DNA of 64,000 nucleotides from a virus (Duplodnaviria; Heunggongvirae; Uroviricota; Caudoviricetes): IMG/VR virus record IMGVR_UViG_3300006226_000014, positions 24,804 to 88,803 of that record; one strand, 5' to 3'. Shown piece by piece: positions 8,657 to 17,814 of this stretch (position 1 is its first letter; each line of letters starts with the position of its first letter). The notes under the pieces were generated by a model. It saw only the letters and a program-made list of their open reading frames with translations, ran no database searches and was not told where the DNA came from. The position numbers and the translations under genes were made by a program.

Positions 8657-8947
8657 ATGAAGAATCAAAAATGGTCGAACAAAAGGGTCCAACAGATTGA
8701 AAACAGTAATCAGCAAATTTGGGGACTAAAGAACCAGCCAATAGAAGCAATTCAAATTTCAGATGACGGTACAGAATTTCTGAATAATGCCGTTAAAGTT
8801 CTCACACCATACATTAATCTACCAGAAGATCAACTCTTTGAACTATTGAAGCATACTTATATCGCTGGCTTAGTTGATGGTCAGGCTTTAGGTGCTGAAA
8901 AAGTTCTAAAGAGAGTTCAAGAGGCGGTAATACATAATGCAGATTAA
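8657..8947 (+). CDS. Hypothetical protein (96 aa).
   Basis: Track ORF downstream of the tRNA. Confidence 0.5.
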   Translation: MKNQKWSNKRVQQIENSNQQIWGLKNQPIEAIQISDDGTEFLNNAVKVLTPYINLPEDQLFELLKHTYIAGLVDGQALGAEKVLKRVQEAVIHNAD

Positions 8948-9116
8948 GCCACTACACGAAAGCGAAATTTTTGACTCAGCTTTATGGTTGTTCGAAAAGA
9001 TGAGTAATCATCATAATCAACCCGTATCTATTGATGAGATCGAAGAAACGCTAAAAGAGATTTACGAAATGGGTTATGATCAAGGAGTAGAAGATACTGA
9101 AGATGAAAATGGATAA
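8937..9116 (+). CDS. Hypothetical small acidic protein (59 aa).
   Basis: ATG 8937 open to TAA 9114-9116. Overlaps its neighbours by 11 and 14 nt. Below the track cutoff. Confidence 0.3.
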   Translation: MQIKPLHESEIFDSALWLFEKMSNHHNQPVSIDEIEETLKEIYEMGYDQGVEDTEDENG

Positions 9117-10335
9117 GACAGCTAAAATCATTAAGATGCTAAAACAGGGCGATGGGTTTGAAGTCTTCATTGAAGGCAACATCAAAAAGTTCCGCTCTGA
9201 GAACTATAACTATGATTTTGATCTCACTAACGGAAACTTTTCTCGTTGGGGAGAAACAGAAGAAGACGATCCAACTTGGAGCCAGTTTGGTCCAGAAATT
9301 CTAGACTGTGAGATAACGACTAAATGTGCAGGAATTTCTGGTCGTTTGTGTTCATATTGCTACAAGGCCAACACTCCAAAAGGTAGAGATATGACTTTTG
9401 AGACATTTCAGAAAGTTATAGAAGAAGTCAACTTTAATCAGCAGCTCACTCAAGTTGCATTTGGCTTAGGTTCAACTGCTGAAGAAAATCCTGACATTTG
9501 GAATATGTGTCATTATCTTAGAGAAAATCATATCATTCCAAACGGAACAGTAGCACAATTAAGTCAAATCACCGCACTGAACATTGCCACTAATTTTGGT
9601 GGGGTGGCTGTTAGTTATCACGGTGATTTTGAAGTGTTAGCTGATACTGTCTACAAATTAGAATACGGAAAGACTAAAGCTCCTAATTCAACTTTGCAGC
9701 AAATCAATATTCACTTTATGATTAGTGAAGAAACTTATGATGACTGTCTTAAGCTTATCGAACTGATTAAGACAGACACCCGACTTAAAGATGTGAATGC
9801 AGTCGTATTGCTCGGCCTAAAGAAATGCGGGCGGGCTGAGAAGGGATTCAACCGGCTTAGTGATGAACACTTTGACATTTTAGTTAAGAAGTTCTTTCAA
9901 GAAAAGATCGGGTTCGGATTTGATAGCTGCTCTGCTAATCGTTTTGAACACATGATGGTTAAGTGGACAGCTGAAAAGGTTGCTAAAATAGACGAAGTTG
10001 ACGATTTTGAAGTTGGGCCACAAGATGATAGACTCAAGCATCTGTCCAAACTTGCAGAGCACAAAAAGTTGAACGACATTCTTCAGATGATAGAGCCTTG
10101 TGAAAGCGGGCTGTTCTCATCTTACATAAATGTTGATGGATTCTTCTATCCTTGTTCATTTAACGAAAAGCCTGAATGGGGATTTGATGTAGTCAATGGT
10201 GAAACAGTTGGAACACCTGAAGAAAATGGTGGACATATAGTTAAGTTCAAAGATCATTGGGATGTTGGATTAGAAGTTTACTGGAGACCAGCATTGGCGA
10301 AAGCTAAAAGAAGTTGTCCAGTTTATGATGTGTAA
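9103..10335 (+). CDS. Cys-rich protein; possible Fe-S or radical-SAM-like enzyme (uncertain).
   Basis: Cluster CEITTKCAGISGRLCSYCY is Cx5Cx7CxxC, not the canonical Cx3Cx2C. 410 aa, soluble. Confidence 0.5.
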   Translation: MKMDKTAKIIKMLKQGDGFEVFIEGNIKKFRSENYNYDFDLTNGNFSRWGETEEDDPTWSQFGPEILDCEITTKCAGISGRLCSYCYKANTPKGRDMTFETFQKVIEEVNFNQQLTQVAFGLGSTAEENPDIWNMCHYLRENHIIPNGTVAQLSQITALNIATNFGGVAVSYHGDFEVLADTVYKLEYGKTKAPNSTLQQINIHFMISEETYDDCLKLIELIKTDTRLKDVNAVVLLGLKKCGRAEKGFNRLSDEHFDILVKKFFQEKIGFGFDSCSANRFEHMMVKWTAEKVAKIDEVDDFEVGPQDDRLKHLSKLAEHKKLNDILQMIEPCESGLFSSYINVDGFFYPCSFNEKPEWGFDVVNGETVGTPEENGGHIVKFKDHWDVGLEVYWRPALAKAKRSCPVYDV

Positions 10336-10344
10336 GGAGTAAAT

Positions 10345-10845
10345 ATGTATAGTGGTGCATTAGGTGCAATCATTCTAGTTGGTAACTTGAAAGTTATCAT
10401 GATAGCTTTAGGTTGGACAGCTGTTGTTGCATGCGGAGTTCTTTGGATTCTTCAAGGATTTGTGGATTATAAGCGAGGTTGGACAAGAGGACTAACAGTA
10501 GTATTTGCTACACTCTTTACTCTGACTTGGGTTGGATGTTTGGCAGTATATAACTTACCAGCTCTAAAAGAGGAAATAGTAATAGCAAAGCAAGTGGCAC
10601 CTATTTTGGACGACTATGCTGAAAGATATCCAGAAAGTGTGTACAACCCAGATGTAGTTCTAACGGCTTTAGATGATACTGTTAAGGGAATTGTTGGAAC
10701 GGCGATAGAATTGCCTAAGTACATAAATAGATTAGCTAGTGGTGTAGAGTTGTTAACTCGTCCATTAAGTGAGCGGCCTATTGAAGATTTAAGTCGGGCC
10801 GAATTAGAACAGAGACTCAGAAATGCTGAGGGAGGTAGAAGATGA
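10345..10845 (+). CDS. Membrane protein (166 aa).
   Basis: Three or four hydrophobic helices at the N-terminus. Confidence 0.55.
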   Translation: MYSGALGAIILVGNLKVIMIALGWTAVVACGVLWILQGFVDYKRGWTRGLTVVFATLFTLTWVGCLAVYNLPALKEEIVIAKQVAPILDDYAERYPESVYNPDVVLTALDDTVKGIVGTAIELPKYINRLASGVELLTRPLSERPIEDLSRAELEQRLRNAEGGRR

Positions 10846-11216
10846 TCGGAATTTTGACTATTGCGATTTTTTGTGGATTAGGAGCTTGGTGTATTGCTAA
10901 GTTTGTTGTTGAGGCTGAAACAAGAACAGTGATAATTAGCATTGCAGTTACTTTTGTAGTAATCTTTGCGATATCATTTGGAATATGTAAGCTCTGCTCA
11001 GCAGAATATGTTGCTGAGTACAAATCGAGCAAACAAACTATTGAATTAGCATTAGCGAGCAATAGTATAACAGGATTTGAAAGAGCTCAGATAGTCACTA
11101 CTATTGTAGAAAAGAATGCCGAATTAGCTAAATGGCAGTATCGTTGGAGTAAATGGCACGGCAAACATTTGAGTAGCGAAATTGCTAACTTACAGCCGAT
11201 AGAGATCAAAAGATGA
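10842..11216 (+). CDS. Membrane protein (124 aa).
   Basis: Two transmembrane helices. Overlaps upstream by ATGA. SD AGGGAGG. Confidence 0.55.
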   Translation: MIGILTIAIFCGLGAWCIAKFVVEAETRTVIISIAVTFVVIFAISFGICKLCSAEYVAEYKSSKQTIELALASNSITGFERAQIVTTIVEKNAELAKWQYRWSKWHGKHLSSEIANLQPIEIKR

Positions 11217-11617
11217 AAGTAAGAAACGGATTTGTCAGTAATTCAAGTAGTAGCTCTTTTTTGGTTGCTCATAAAGTAGAAGGAAAAGAATTGGAACTTA
11301 AGATTAAGAACATCTTTAGTGTGCCAACAAACTATCCTATTAAATTCCCGGATTTTTCTAAATGTATCTATGATACTATCAGAAATGAAGATACTATCAA
11401 AACGAGAGATGAATACGCTGAATATGAAGGCTATGATTCTTACGCAGATTGGGATGACGGAGATGAAGAGATCTTAGAACTCTTAGACAAAGGATTCACG
11501 ATTCGCTTTTGTAGCTTTTCAGATGATGGTGGTGATCCAGAAGATGCTATATTGTGTAATTCAGATATCTTTTATGAAGATGACGAAATTGTTCTGAAAC
11601 AAGAAGGGGGATATTAA
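11213..11617 (+). CDS. GFVSNSSSSSF-leader family member 1; acidic 134-aa protein.
   Basis: N-terminus MKVRNGFVSNSSSSSFLV. C-terminal body rich in D/E/Y/W. Confidence 0.7.
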   Translation: MKVRNGFVSNSSSSSFLVAHKVEGKELELKIKNIFSVPTNYPIKFPDFSKCIYDTIRNEDTIKTRDEYAEYEGYDSYADWDDGDEEILELLDKGFTIRFCSFSDDGGDPEDAILCNSDIFYEDDEIVLKQEGGY

Positions 11618-11832
11618 TGGGTTGGATAATCACTACAGGCATTCTTACTTGTGGTCTGTTGCCACTATTAGCCCTATTTGGTATGGGTGTTAATCTGATA
11701 ATAGGATTGTTCATAACAGTGGCAACATGGACTTATTGGCAATGTGTTGGTGTGGGATTAGTATTCTGTTGCATATTAGGAGTTACTCCAATATCGATCA
11801 ATATAAAGAGGAAGAAGAAAGATGAAGACTAG
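11617..11832 (+). CDS. Small membrane protein (71 aa).
   Basis: Two transmembrane helices and a KRKKKDED tail. SD GAAGGGGG. Confidence 0.5.
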   Translation: MGWIITTGILTCGLLPLLALFGMGVNLIIGLFITVATWTYWQCVGVGLVFCCILGVTPISINIKRKKKDED

Positions 11833-12175
11833 ACAAGGATTTGTAAGTAATAGTAGCTCCAGCTCATTCATTATAGTTGGGGCGCGAATGACAACAGATG
11901 ACTTTCTCAGATTTCTTAATATAGAAAACACTGAAGAAGTAGACATTTATGATGTCATCAATGCAAACGACTTTAATGGTGATGCAGTTTATGACGATGA
12001 TAATTATGTGTATCTTGGAGAACAAATCTTCTATTCTGAAACTTTCCGAGATTGCCCAGAATTTGAAATTGGAGAGTTTGGTCGAAAGATCAAAGAACGC
12101 ACTCAGATTATAGAAGAGCTCGAAAAAGCTGGCTATAAGGTCAAACTTTACATGGGAGAAATAGGAGACGGCTGA
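11822..12175 (+). CDS. GFVSNSSSSSF-leader family member 2 (117 aa).
   Basis: N-terminus MKTRQGFVSNSSSSSFIIV; acidic body. Confidence 0.7.
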   Translation: MKTRQGFVSNSSSSSFIIVGARMTTDDFLRFLNIENTEEVDIYDVINANDFNGDAVYDDDNYVYLGEQIFYSETFRDCPEFEIGEFGRKIKERTQIIEELEKAGYKVKLYMGEIGDG

Positions 12176-12600
12176 TGAAGAAACGAAACGGATTTGTTAG
12201 TAACTCTAGCTCTAGTTCATTTATAGTGTGTCACAACACTCGATTAGTTGACGGTGCATTTGATGAAATCTTCAAAGTTGAAGGACAGTTTGCTAATCTT
12301 CTAAAAGAACTTGGACGACAACTCTATGATGACTTACAATACAACTGTGATGGACATATTGAAACTTATAGCAGTTACACTAGCTGGGAAGACCATTACA
12401 AAAATGATTACTACAGTGAAGGTCCATCAAAAGAAGAAGCTGAACAGTACAAGGCCTTTTTTGACAAATGGAAATACGTATCACGGATAAGAATTCCAGG
12501 TGGTGGTGATGGCGGGACTTCATTGACTCACATAATGAGAGATGAATTTCCAATAGTTGAAACAGAAAATGTATTGACTACAAAGGAGTATGATTACTAA
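12175..12600 (+). CDS. GFVSNSSSSSF-leader family member 3 (141 aa).
   Basis: N-terminus MKKRNGFVSNSSSSSFIVC; acidic, aromatic-rich body. Confidence 0.7.
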   Translation: MKKRNGFVSNSSSSSFIVCHNTRLVDGAFDEIFKVEGQFANLLKELGRQLYDDLQYNCDGHIETYSSYTSWEDHYKNDYYSEGPSKEEAEQYKAFFDKWKYVSRIRIPGGGDGGTSLTHIMRDEFPIVETENVLTTKEYDY

Positions 12601-12788
12601 TGTTGTGCGGGTGTAAAGAACCCTGCTTTGTGAATGGCAAATCTTGGGGACATTTAGAAGGTGTTATGTGTGATTTTCTCTCTGAGAATCTCTGTGGAAA
12701 AACTGGCTTAGAAGTGAATGTGTACACTACCGCCAAACAATATGAGGAGGCAAAAGATGCTGAAAGCCGGCTTGTGGAAACACTATAA
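12600..12788 (+). CDS. Small Cys-rich protein (62 aa).
   Basis: Track ORF; several Cys residues (CGC...C...C...C). Confidence 0.4.
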   Translation: MLCGCKEPCFVNGKSWGHLEGVMCDFLSENLCGKTGLEVNVYTTAKQYEEAKDAESRLVETL

Positions 12789-12969
12789 GGGTAACATTTA
12801 TGAACTTCTATTTGTGGCCCAACATACTGAATTAGAAGATGAGCAACTTGTCATCTATCGTAGCGCAAAAGACAAAGGTCAATATTGGGCTAGACCATAT
12901 AAGATGTGGCTTGAAACTGTTGAAATTGATGGAAAAGAAGTTAGACGGTTTGAGTATATAGGAGATTAA
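12757..12969 (+). CDS. DUF1653-family small protein (70 aa).
   Basis: SD AGGAGG then ATG 12757. WKHYKGNIYEL...VIYRS...YWARP...MW matches the DUF1653 signature (HYKGG-Y ... VVY ... WVRP). Confidence 0.55.
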   Translation: MLKAGLWKHYKGNIYELLFVAQHTELEDEQLVIYRSAKDKGQYWARPYKMWLETVEIDGKEVRRFEYIGD

Positions 12970-12970
12970 G

Positions 12971-13162
12971 ATGAAAACTTGTGGTAATTGTAGAGAGACA
13001 CAACTTAATGATGGACCATTTTGCAATGCAGATGGGAGAGGAACAACTGATGTAAGTGGTGACACTCATAAGTATGCTGAAGCGTGTTTGTACTACAGAC
13101 CAGAATTAAGCCAAGAAGAATGGGAGAAGATAAAAGATGAAAACAAGAATCGGGTTCGTTAG
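12971..13162 (+). CDS. Small zinc-ribbon-like protein (63 aa).
   Basis: Contains CGNC ... C ... C. Confidence 0.45.
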   Translation: MKTCGNCRETQLNDGPFCNADGRGTTDVSGDTHKYAEACLYYRPELSQEEWEKIKDENKNRVR

Positions 13163-13868
13163 TAATAGCAGTAGCAGTTCATTTTTGGTGATAAAGAGTG
13201 ATATCTTTGTCATTCCACATATGCCGAAACAGTACAAAGACAAAACGACTTTGTTAGTCCCGCACACTTTTGGTGGTGAAACAGAGTTTGGTCGACAGAG
13301 ACAAAACTATGGTGATTTTGGTAGCCGTTTGAACTTTGCATATTTAATAGCTCTACAACTTGAGAAATGTCGAGAAACAGATGCCTCAAAATTTCATGAA
13401 GACTTTTTGAAAGACAAAAGACGAATGAAGATCTTCAAAAGAAAAGGTGAAGTCAAACTCTTAGAAAAAGTTCTCATTGACAATATTCCAGGATTGAAGA
13501 CTATCAAATGGCATCTTGTAGAAAATGAGTACGGACTAAATGATGATAGAGAACATAATACAGTTGACGGCTATATTGATCACGGATCAACTTGGTCTGA
13601 GAACTTTGACAACTACTATGACATATTTGAGAATGAAGATTCTGTCTTTCAATGGCTATTTGGTGCTGAAAACTATATTGCAAATCGTTCAGATGAATAT
13701 GGTGATGCATCAGAATTAGAAGTTGACCATCGTCAAGATTACTCTTGGGATTATGTAAATGAACAAGGGCAAATGGTAGACTTATATTTTAATGAGTATA
13801 ATGATCCTGACAGATTTGACAAGAAGGGGAATTTCATTGAGCCAGATGACAGAGAAGTTCAAAGTTAG
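13137..13868 (+). CDS. GFVSNSSSSSF-leader family member 4 (243 aa).
   Basis: N-terminus MKTRIGFVSNSSSSSFLVI; the C-terminal half is very acidic with D/E/Y/N. Confidence 0.7.
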   Translation: MKTRIGFVSNSSSSSFLVIKSDIFVIPHMPKQYKDKTTLLVPHTFGGETEFGRQRQNYGDFGSRLNFAYLIALQLEKCRETDASKFHEDFLKDKRRMKIFKRKGEVKLLEKVLIDNIPGLKTIKWHLVENEYGLNDDREHNTVDGYIDHGSTWSENFDNYYDIFENEDSVFQWLFGAENYIANRSDEYGDASELEVDHRQDYSWDYVNEQGQMVDLYFNEYNDPDRFDKKGNFIEPDDREVQS

Positions 13869-14121
13869 AACATTTGCAGAATTACTACAAAACTTTTGCA
13901 TTATTTACGATAGACCATCAATAGAGAAATTTGACAAGGCTCTATCTGATGGTCTTAACCCGATTCAGAGAAGTCACTTTTTTGACTATGTAGAAAGAAT
14001 AGTAGAAGAAGCCACTTTAGAAAGTTCAGTTCTTCATGAAGCTAAAGTAGAGAAATTAGAAGATCGTATTAAGGAGTTAGAACATAAGTTGGAAACAGCA
14101 ACCAATGTTCTATTTGATTAA
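13846..14121 (+). CDS. Hypothetical coiled-coil protein. Start is uncertain; the track alternative is 13792.
   Basis: Track ORF 13792..14121. I prefer the internal ATG at 13846 because it overlaps the upstream gene less. Confidence 0.4.
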   Translation: MTEKFKVRTFAELLQNFCIIYDRPSIEKFDKALSDGLNPIQRSHFFDYVERIVEEATLESSVLHEAKVEKLEDRIKELEHKLETATNVLFD

Positions 14122-14789
14122 TGGACAACGTAACACAGTACAAACGAAAGTTCCCAAGCATTCCTCATTTAGATAATTCCAGAAGTGTGCAAATCAATGA
14201 TTCGATACTTTTGAATGATGAACACTTTATTGGATTAGAAGTTATAGTAACTGAAAAGCGCGATGGTGAGAATACTGTGATGGGCCGAGATTACATTCAT
14301 GCTCGTAGTATGGATAGTGGTCCAGCTGGTTGGCGAACAATGGTTGGACTAATTCATGGTCGTATTAAACATGAAATTCCTATCACAATGAGAATTTGTG
14401 GTGAGAATATGCAAGGAGAGCACAGCATTCATTATGACAACATTGCTGCATTTGAAGTGTTCCAAATAACAGATGAAGATATGGTGCTCAGCTGGGATGA
14501 TACAGTTCTATGGTGTCAACTTTTGGACTTACAACATGTACCTATTATCTATCGAGGCATATATGATAGAGGAGCAATAGCAGCTGCATTCAATGTGTTC
14601 TTAAATGAAAGAAGCATCTCAAACCCAAAGAAAGGAATGTTTGAGCAAGTTGAAGGCTATGTCATAAGAGCGGCGAAGTCTTTCCGAGAGTCAGATTGGT
14701 ACATGGGAAAGTGGGTGAGACCTAATCATGTGCAAACGGATGAACACTGGACAAAGAATTGGAAACCAAATGGAGTTAATGCGATATGA
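14121..14789 (+). CDS. RNA ligase-like nucleotidyltransferase (Rnl2-like adenylyltransferase domain, 222 aa).
   Basis: Motif I VTEKRDGEN (KxDG), motif IV EGYVIRAAK, motif V KWVRPNH. Confidence 0.6.
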   Translation: MDNVTQYKRKFPSIPHLDNSRSVQINDSILLNDEHFIGLEVIVTEKRDGENTVMGRDYIHARSMDSGPAGWRTMVGLIHGRIKHEIPITMRICGENMQGEHSIHYDNIAAFEVFQITDEDMVLSWDDTVLWCQLLDLQHVPIIYRGIYDRGAIAAAFNVFLNERSISNPKKGMFEQVEGYVIRAAKSFRESDWYMGKWVRPNHVQTDEHWTKNWKPNGVNAI

Positions 14790-15337
14790 AAAGTTTGCTA
14801 TTGATTACGATAGGAATAAGCGGAAGTGGAAAGAATCATCTCAAGAATCAACTCGAGTCATACTTTAAAGATGACTTTCTTAACATTGAGCCGGACAACA
14901 TTAGACGAGAAAAGTTGGGCGATGTAAGCGACCAGTCTCATGGTAAGTGGATTTTTGATTTAGCTGGTGAACAAATCTTTGATGCTTGTGGAAACTACAA
15001 GATCATCTACTTCAATGCCACTAACACTAGTTGGAGTCGCATACAGAGCTTCTTAAAGAAGAACTTATTAGAATGCGATGTCATTTATGTCATAATGATG
15101 GACTCAATGAACTTAACACTATGTCAAAAGCGGGTGATGGCAGATATAGAAAATGGTGCTGATAGAGCTAAAGTTCCAGCTGAAATAGTAGAAAGACAAT
15201 ATGTCAACTTTATGAACTGTAAGAGAGATGCTGAAAATAGTGACGATGAGATCTTTCTGTATGATAACAACTTTGGTAAATTAGTCACATATATAGAGGA
15301 GTATTTAGATGGGCAGACGATTGCTAAAAGTATTTGA
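14786..15337 (+). CDS. pnk: Polynucleotide 5-prime kinase (P-loop kinase domain, T4 Pnk-like).
   Basis: N-terminus MKSLLLITIGISGSGKNH carries a Walker A motif, comparable to the T4 Pnk N-terminus MKKIILTIGCPGSGKST. 183 aa, kinase domain only. Confidence 0.6.
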   Translation: MKSLLLITIGISGSGKNHLKNQLESYFKDDFLNIEPDNIRREKLGDVSDQSHGKWIFDLAGEQIFDACGNYKIIYFNATNTSWSRIQSFLKKNLLECDVIYVIMMDSMNLTLCQKRVMADIENGADRAKVPAEIVERQYVNFMNCKRDAENSDDEIFLYDNNFGKLVTYIEEYLDGQTIAKSI

Positions 15338-15905
15338 ACCTGAACTTGCTAAAATCAAAAGTGAAGAAATGCGCGCGCTTACTAAGAAGATTTTAGTTGA
15401 TGACTGCACTGACTATATTCTCAAATGTTCAACTGCCTCATCTGGTAAGTACCATCCGGATTGGTCTAATGGCGAAGGCGGGCTTATTCGTCATACTAAA
15501 GCCGTATGCAAAGCTACTGAAACTATTCTAAAGCAAATGCCAAAATATGATGGTGAAGATTGGGATGTACCATACATCGCGGCTATCTTACATGATATGG
15601 CTAAGTACACTGAGAACAACCAACAATGGAGTCATCAGGATCATCCTATTAGAATGGCTGACAAAGTTAGACAGCATATTGTGTATTACAATACTCCATT
15701 AGCACTCACAGAAGTAGACAAACGATGGTGCCGAGTGGTTGACTGCATAGAATGTCACATGTCACGATGGTTCAAAGACAACAAAGGGCAGAGATTAGGA
15801 ACACTTCCGTCTAGTCACGAAAGTTGGATAGTAGCGCATGCTGATATGATCATGGCACAAAAGTTCATAACAGTACAATTTGATGAGAATAACAATGTTA
15901 TCTAA
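15309..15905 (+). CDS. HD-domain phosphohydrolase; candidate 2-prime,3-prime end-healing phosphatase.
   Basis: KYHPD ... H ... ILHDMAK fits the H...HD...H...D pattern. Directly follows the kinase. Confidence 0.5.
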   Translation: MGRRLLKVFEPELAKIKSEEMRALTKKILVDDCTDYILKCSTASSGKYHPDWSNGEGGLIRHTKAVCKATETILKQMPKYDGEDWDVPYIAAILHDMAKYTENNQQWSHQDHPIRMADKVRQHIVYYNTPLALTEVDKRWCRVVDCIECHMSRWFKDNKGQRLGTLPSSHESWIVAHADMIMAQKFITVQFDENNNVI

Positions 15906-16194
15906 AAGAGATCGGTATTTACGAAAAGTCATTAAGTCCGCGCACACTCTTCAAGATTATCTGTGGGGAGAACTGAATACTAAATGGGACTTAGAAGAAT
16001 GGCGCGCAATGCTACGAAAACGAATAGTCAAATTAGATGAAATTGACACATCTAATCCACATCATATTATTGAACTTAAAAAGCGGATAGTTCAAATAGC
16101 GGCTATTAGTGTTAACTTCCTAAATGAACTTGACAAAAATCATATATCTACAGAGAAACCTATTACTAACTTAGATAAGTATCGGAACAACTAA
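15880..16194 (+). CDS. Hypothetical protein (104 aa).
   Basis: Track ORF. Confidence 0.5.
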   Translation: MMRITMLSKRDRYLRKVIKSAHTLQDYLWGELNTKWDLEEWRAMLRKRIVKLDEIDTSNPHHIIELKKRIVQIAAISVNFLNELDKNHISTEKPITNLDKYRNN

Positions 16195-16199
16195 CTAAT

Positions 16200-16406
16200 A
16201 TGGAAAAAGCATTACACTATCTTAAGTCAGAATACGGTTACGAAGATTTTGATGCCACTCAGGCATTTGGCAGAGAATGGACTGACTTAAAGAGCAAGTT
16301 TATAGATCCTACTAACAAAGAAGAAGAACAGTTCATATATCATCTTATTGATGATTTTATGACAGACCAAATTCACACCAACAAGAGAAGAAGACGCGCT
16401 TATTAA
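16200..16406 (+). CDS. Hypothetical protein (68 aa).
   Basis: Track ORF; ATG preceded by AACTAACTAAT. Confidence 0.45.
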   Translation: MEKALHYLKSEYGYEDFDATQAFGREWTDLKSKFIDPTNKEEEQFIYHLIDDFMTDQIHTNKRRRRAY

Positions 16407-16641
16407 AGATCTAATTCCGGGATCTATAGTCAAAATCAATAACTTATCAAAAGCTAGCTATTATGTGTATCGTTCTTATTTACGACATAGTCCATTATTG
16501 ATATGTCCTTGTCATGTTAAGCGAGGAAAGTTACTCAGAGTTGAAGACGTATTCGATAATGGGATTGTTCTCATGTCAGTAAGAGGATCGACAGCTTTGA
16601 CTATGACATATAAAGAAGATTTAGAACTTATTTATGAATGA

Positions 16642-17814
16642 TTAAGTACCATCACCAGTTGTGCCATCAAATGATCTTGCAAAATCACCAACAGTTGGAA
16701 TAACTACACTTTCTAATCCACTAAATGTAATTGATCCTTGATATGGAAAACCGTATTCATCTACTTGTTCAAAATTGAAATCCCAGTTTATGTCCTTAAC
16801 TAAGGCTGGACCCCATGACATACGACCCATACGAACAAAAAGGCCGCGGCTGCCGCCACCAGCATCTCCAGTTCCATTTAAAGTATCTTGAATAGCCTGA
16901 TTTTGTCCACGTATAAGATCATTTTCAATATTAGTTAATTTGCCCACTAATCCACCAAAAAAAGTTCCTTCTTTTCCATCTGTATCAGATGTTATTTCAT
17001 CAAAAATATTACCTACCATATCAGGTACTTTACTTAAAAAGTTCATTAAATAAGTTGGTGGTGTTGGAACAGGTCCTCTAAAATAATTATCAGGGCCGGC
17101 TTGTAATGGGGCTAAAAGAGATGCTAAAGCTAAAATCGGCCGCACAACTTCTTCTTCTCCAGAAAATAATCCAGCTTGTCCAAACTTAAATTCAAACTTT
17201 AATGATGATGATAATTTAAGAGGATTAGTTTTATTCCATGATGGGGCATTTACAAACCTAGGAATAAATCGACCGGCAACTGCCCCACCTGAATCACCCA
17301 TCATCATTGCAATAGACCTCATTGCTTCAGAAGCTTGTTGAACTTTACTTAAAAGTCCACCTGATGTTAATTTCTCCCAAGCTGAACCATAATCATGTGA
17401 ATATCCAAATGAAAATGATTTTTCAGAAGGAAATAAGAAAACATTTGGAGATACAATTATAGAAGCAGGATTACTTGTTCTCCATCTTCCCCAAAGATTA
17501 TTATTTAATGATAAAAGGGCGCCGCTTCCTAAAGATGCAATAGCTATATCACAAACTTTAAATCTATTTATATATTCATAAGTATGATCAGACATATTAT
17601 ATTCTGTTCCACTTACAGTTATTTTATCTAATGCTTTATATAATGGATTATCAGTACCAACATGTTCTTTTATTTTATCACGCTCACTGTCTGGAATATA
17701 TAAATCTAAAGCTTGCGGCTCTGCAGGAAATGATCCACGGTCATTTAAAGTATGATGTACTTTTGCTCTATTATTAAATAATGAATCATATTTTAATTTT
17801 GTTACTATTGCCAT
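16642..17814 (-). CDS. Putative tail or baseplate protein (390 aa), downstream of the tape-measure-like gene.
   Basis: Gly/Ser-rich beta-type composition. Position immediately after the 1148-aa gene. Confidence 0.5.
   Translation of the reverse strand: MAIVTKLKYDSLFNNRAKVHHTLNDRGSFPAEPQALDLYIPDSERDKIKEHVGTDNPLYKALDKITVSGTEYNMSDHTYEYINRFKVCDIAIASLGSGALLSLNNNLWGRWRTSNPASIIVSPNVFLFPSEKSFSFGYSHDYGSAWEKLTSGGLLSKVQQASEAMRSIAMMMGDSGGAVAGRFIPRFVNAPSWNKTNPLKLSSSLKFEFKFGQAGLFSGEEEVVRPILALASLLAPLQAGPDNYFRGPVPTPPTYLMNFLSKVPDMVGNIFDEITSDTDGKEGTFFGGLVGKLTNIENDLIRGQNQAIQDTLNGTGDAGGGSRGLFVRMGRMSWGPALVKDINWDFNFEQVDEYGFPYQGSITFSGLESVVIPTVGDFARSFDGTTGDGT

Noticed and set aside
8262-8750. Track ORFs 8262..8522, 8431..8700 and 8532..8750.
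   Set aside because: They overlap each other and the tRNA-Gln at 8478-8550. The region is better explained by the tRNA plus genes 8099-8470 and 8657-8947.
9103-10335. Calling 9103-10335 a radical SAM enzyme.
   Set aside because: The cysteine cluster is Cx5Cx7CxxC, not the canonical Cx3Cx2C. I left it as a Cys-rich putative Fe-S protein, which profile searches could resolve.
16407-16641. A coding gene in the 235-nt gap between the convergent genes 16200-16406 and 16642-17814.
   Set aside because: Only a GTG-initiated frame of 66 codons with no RBS is available. The region also contains a small hairpin (AGATC/GATCT). It is left as non-coding.
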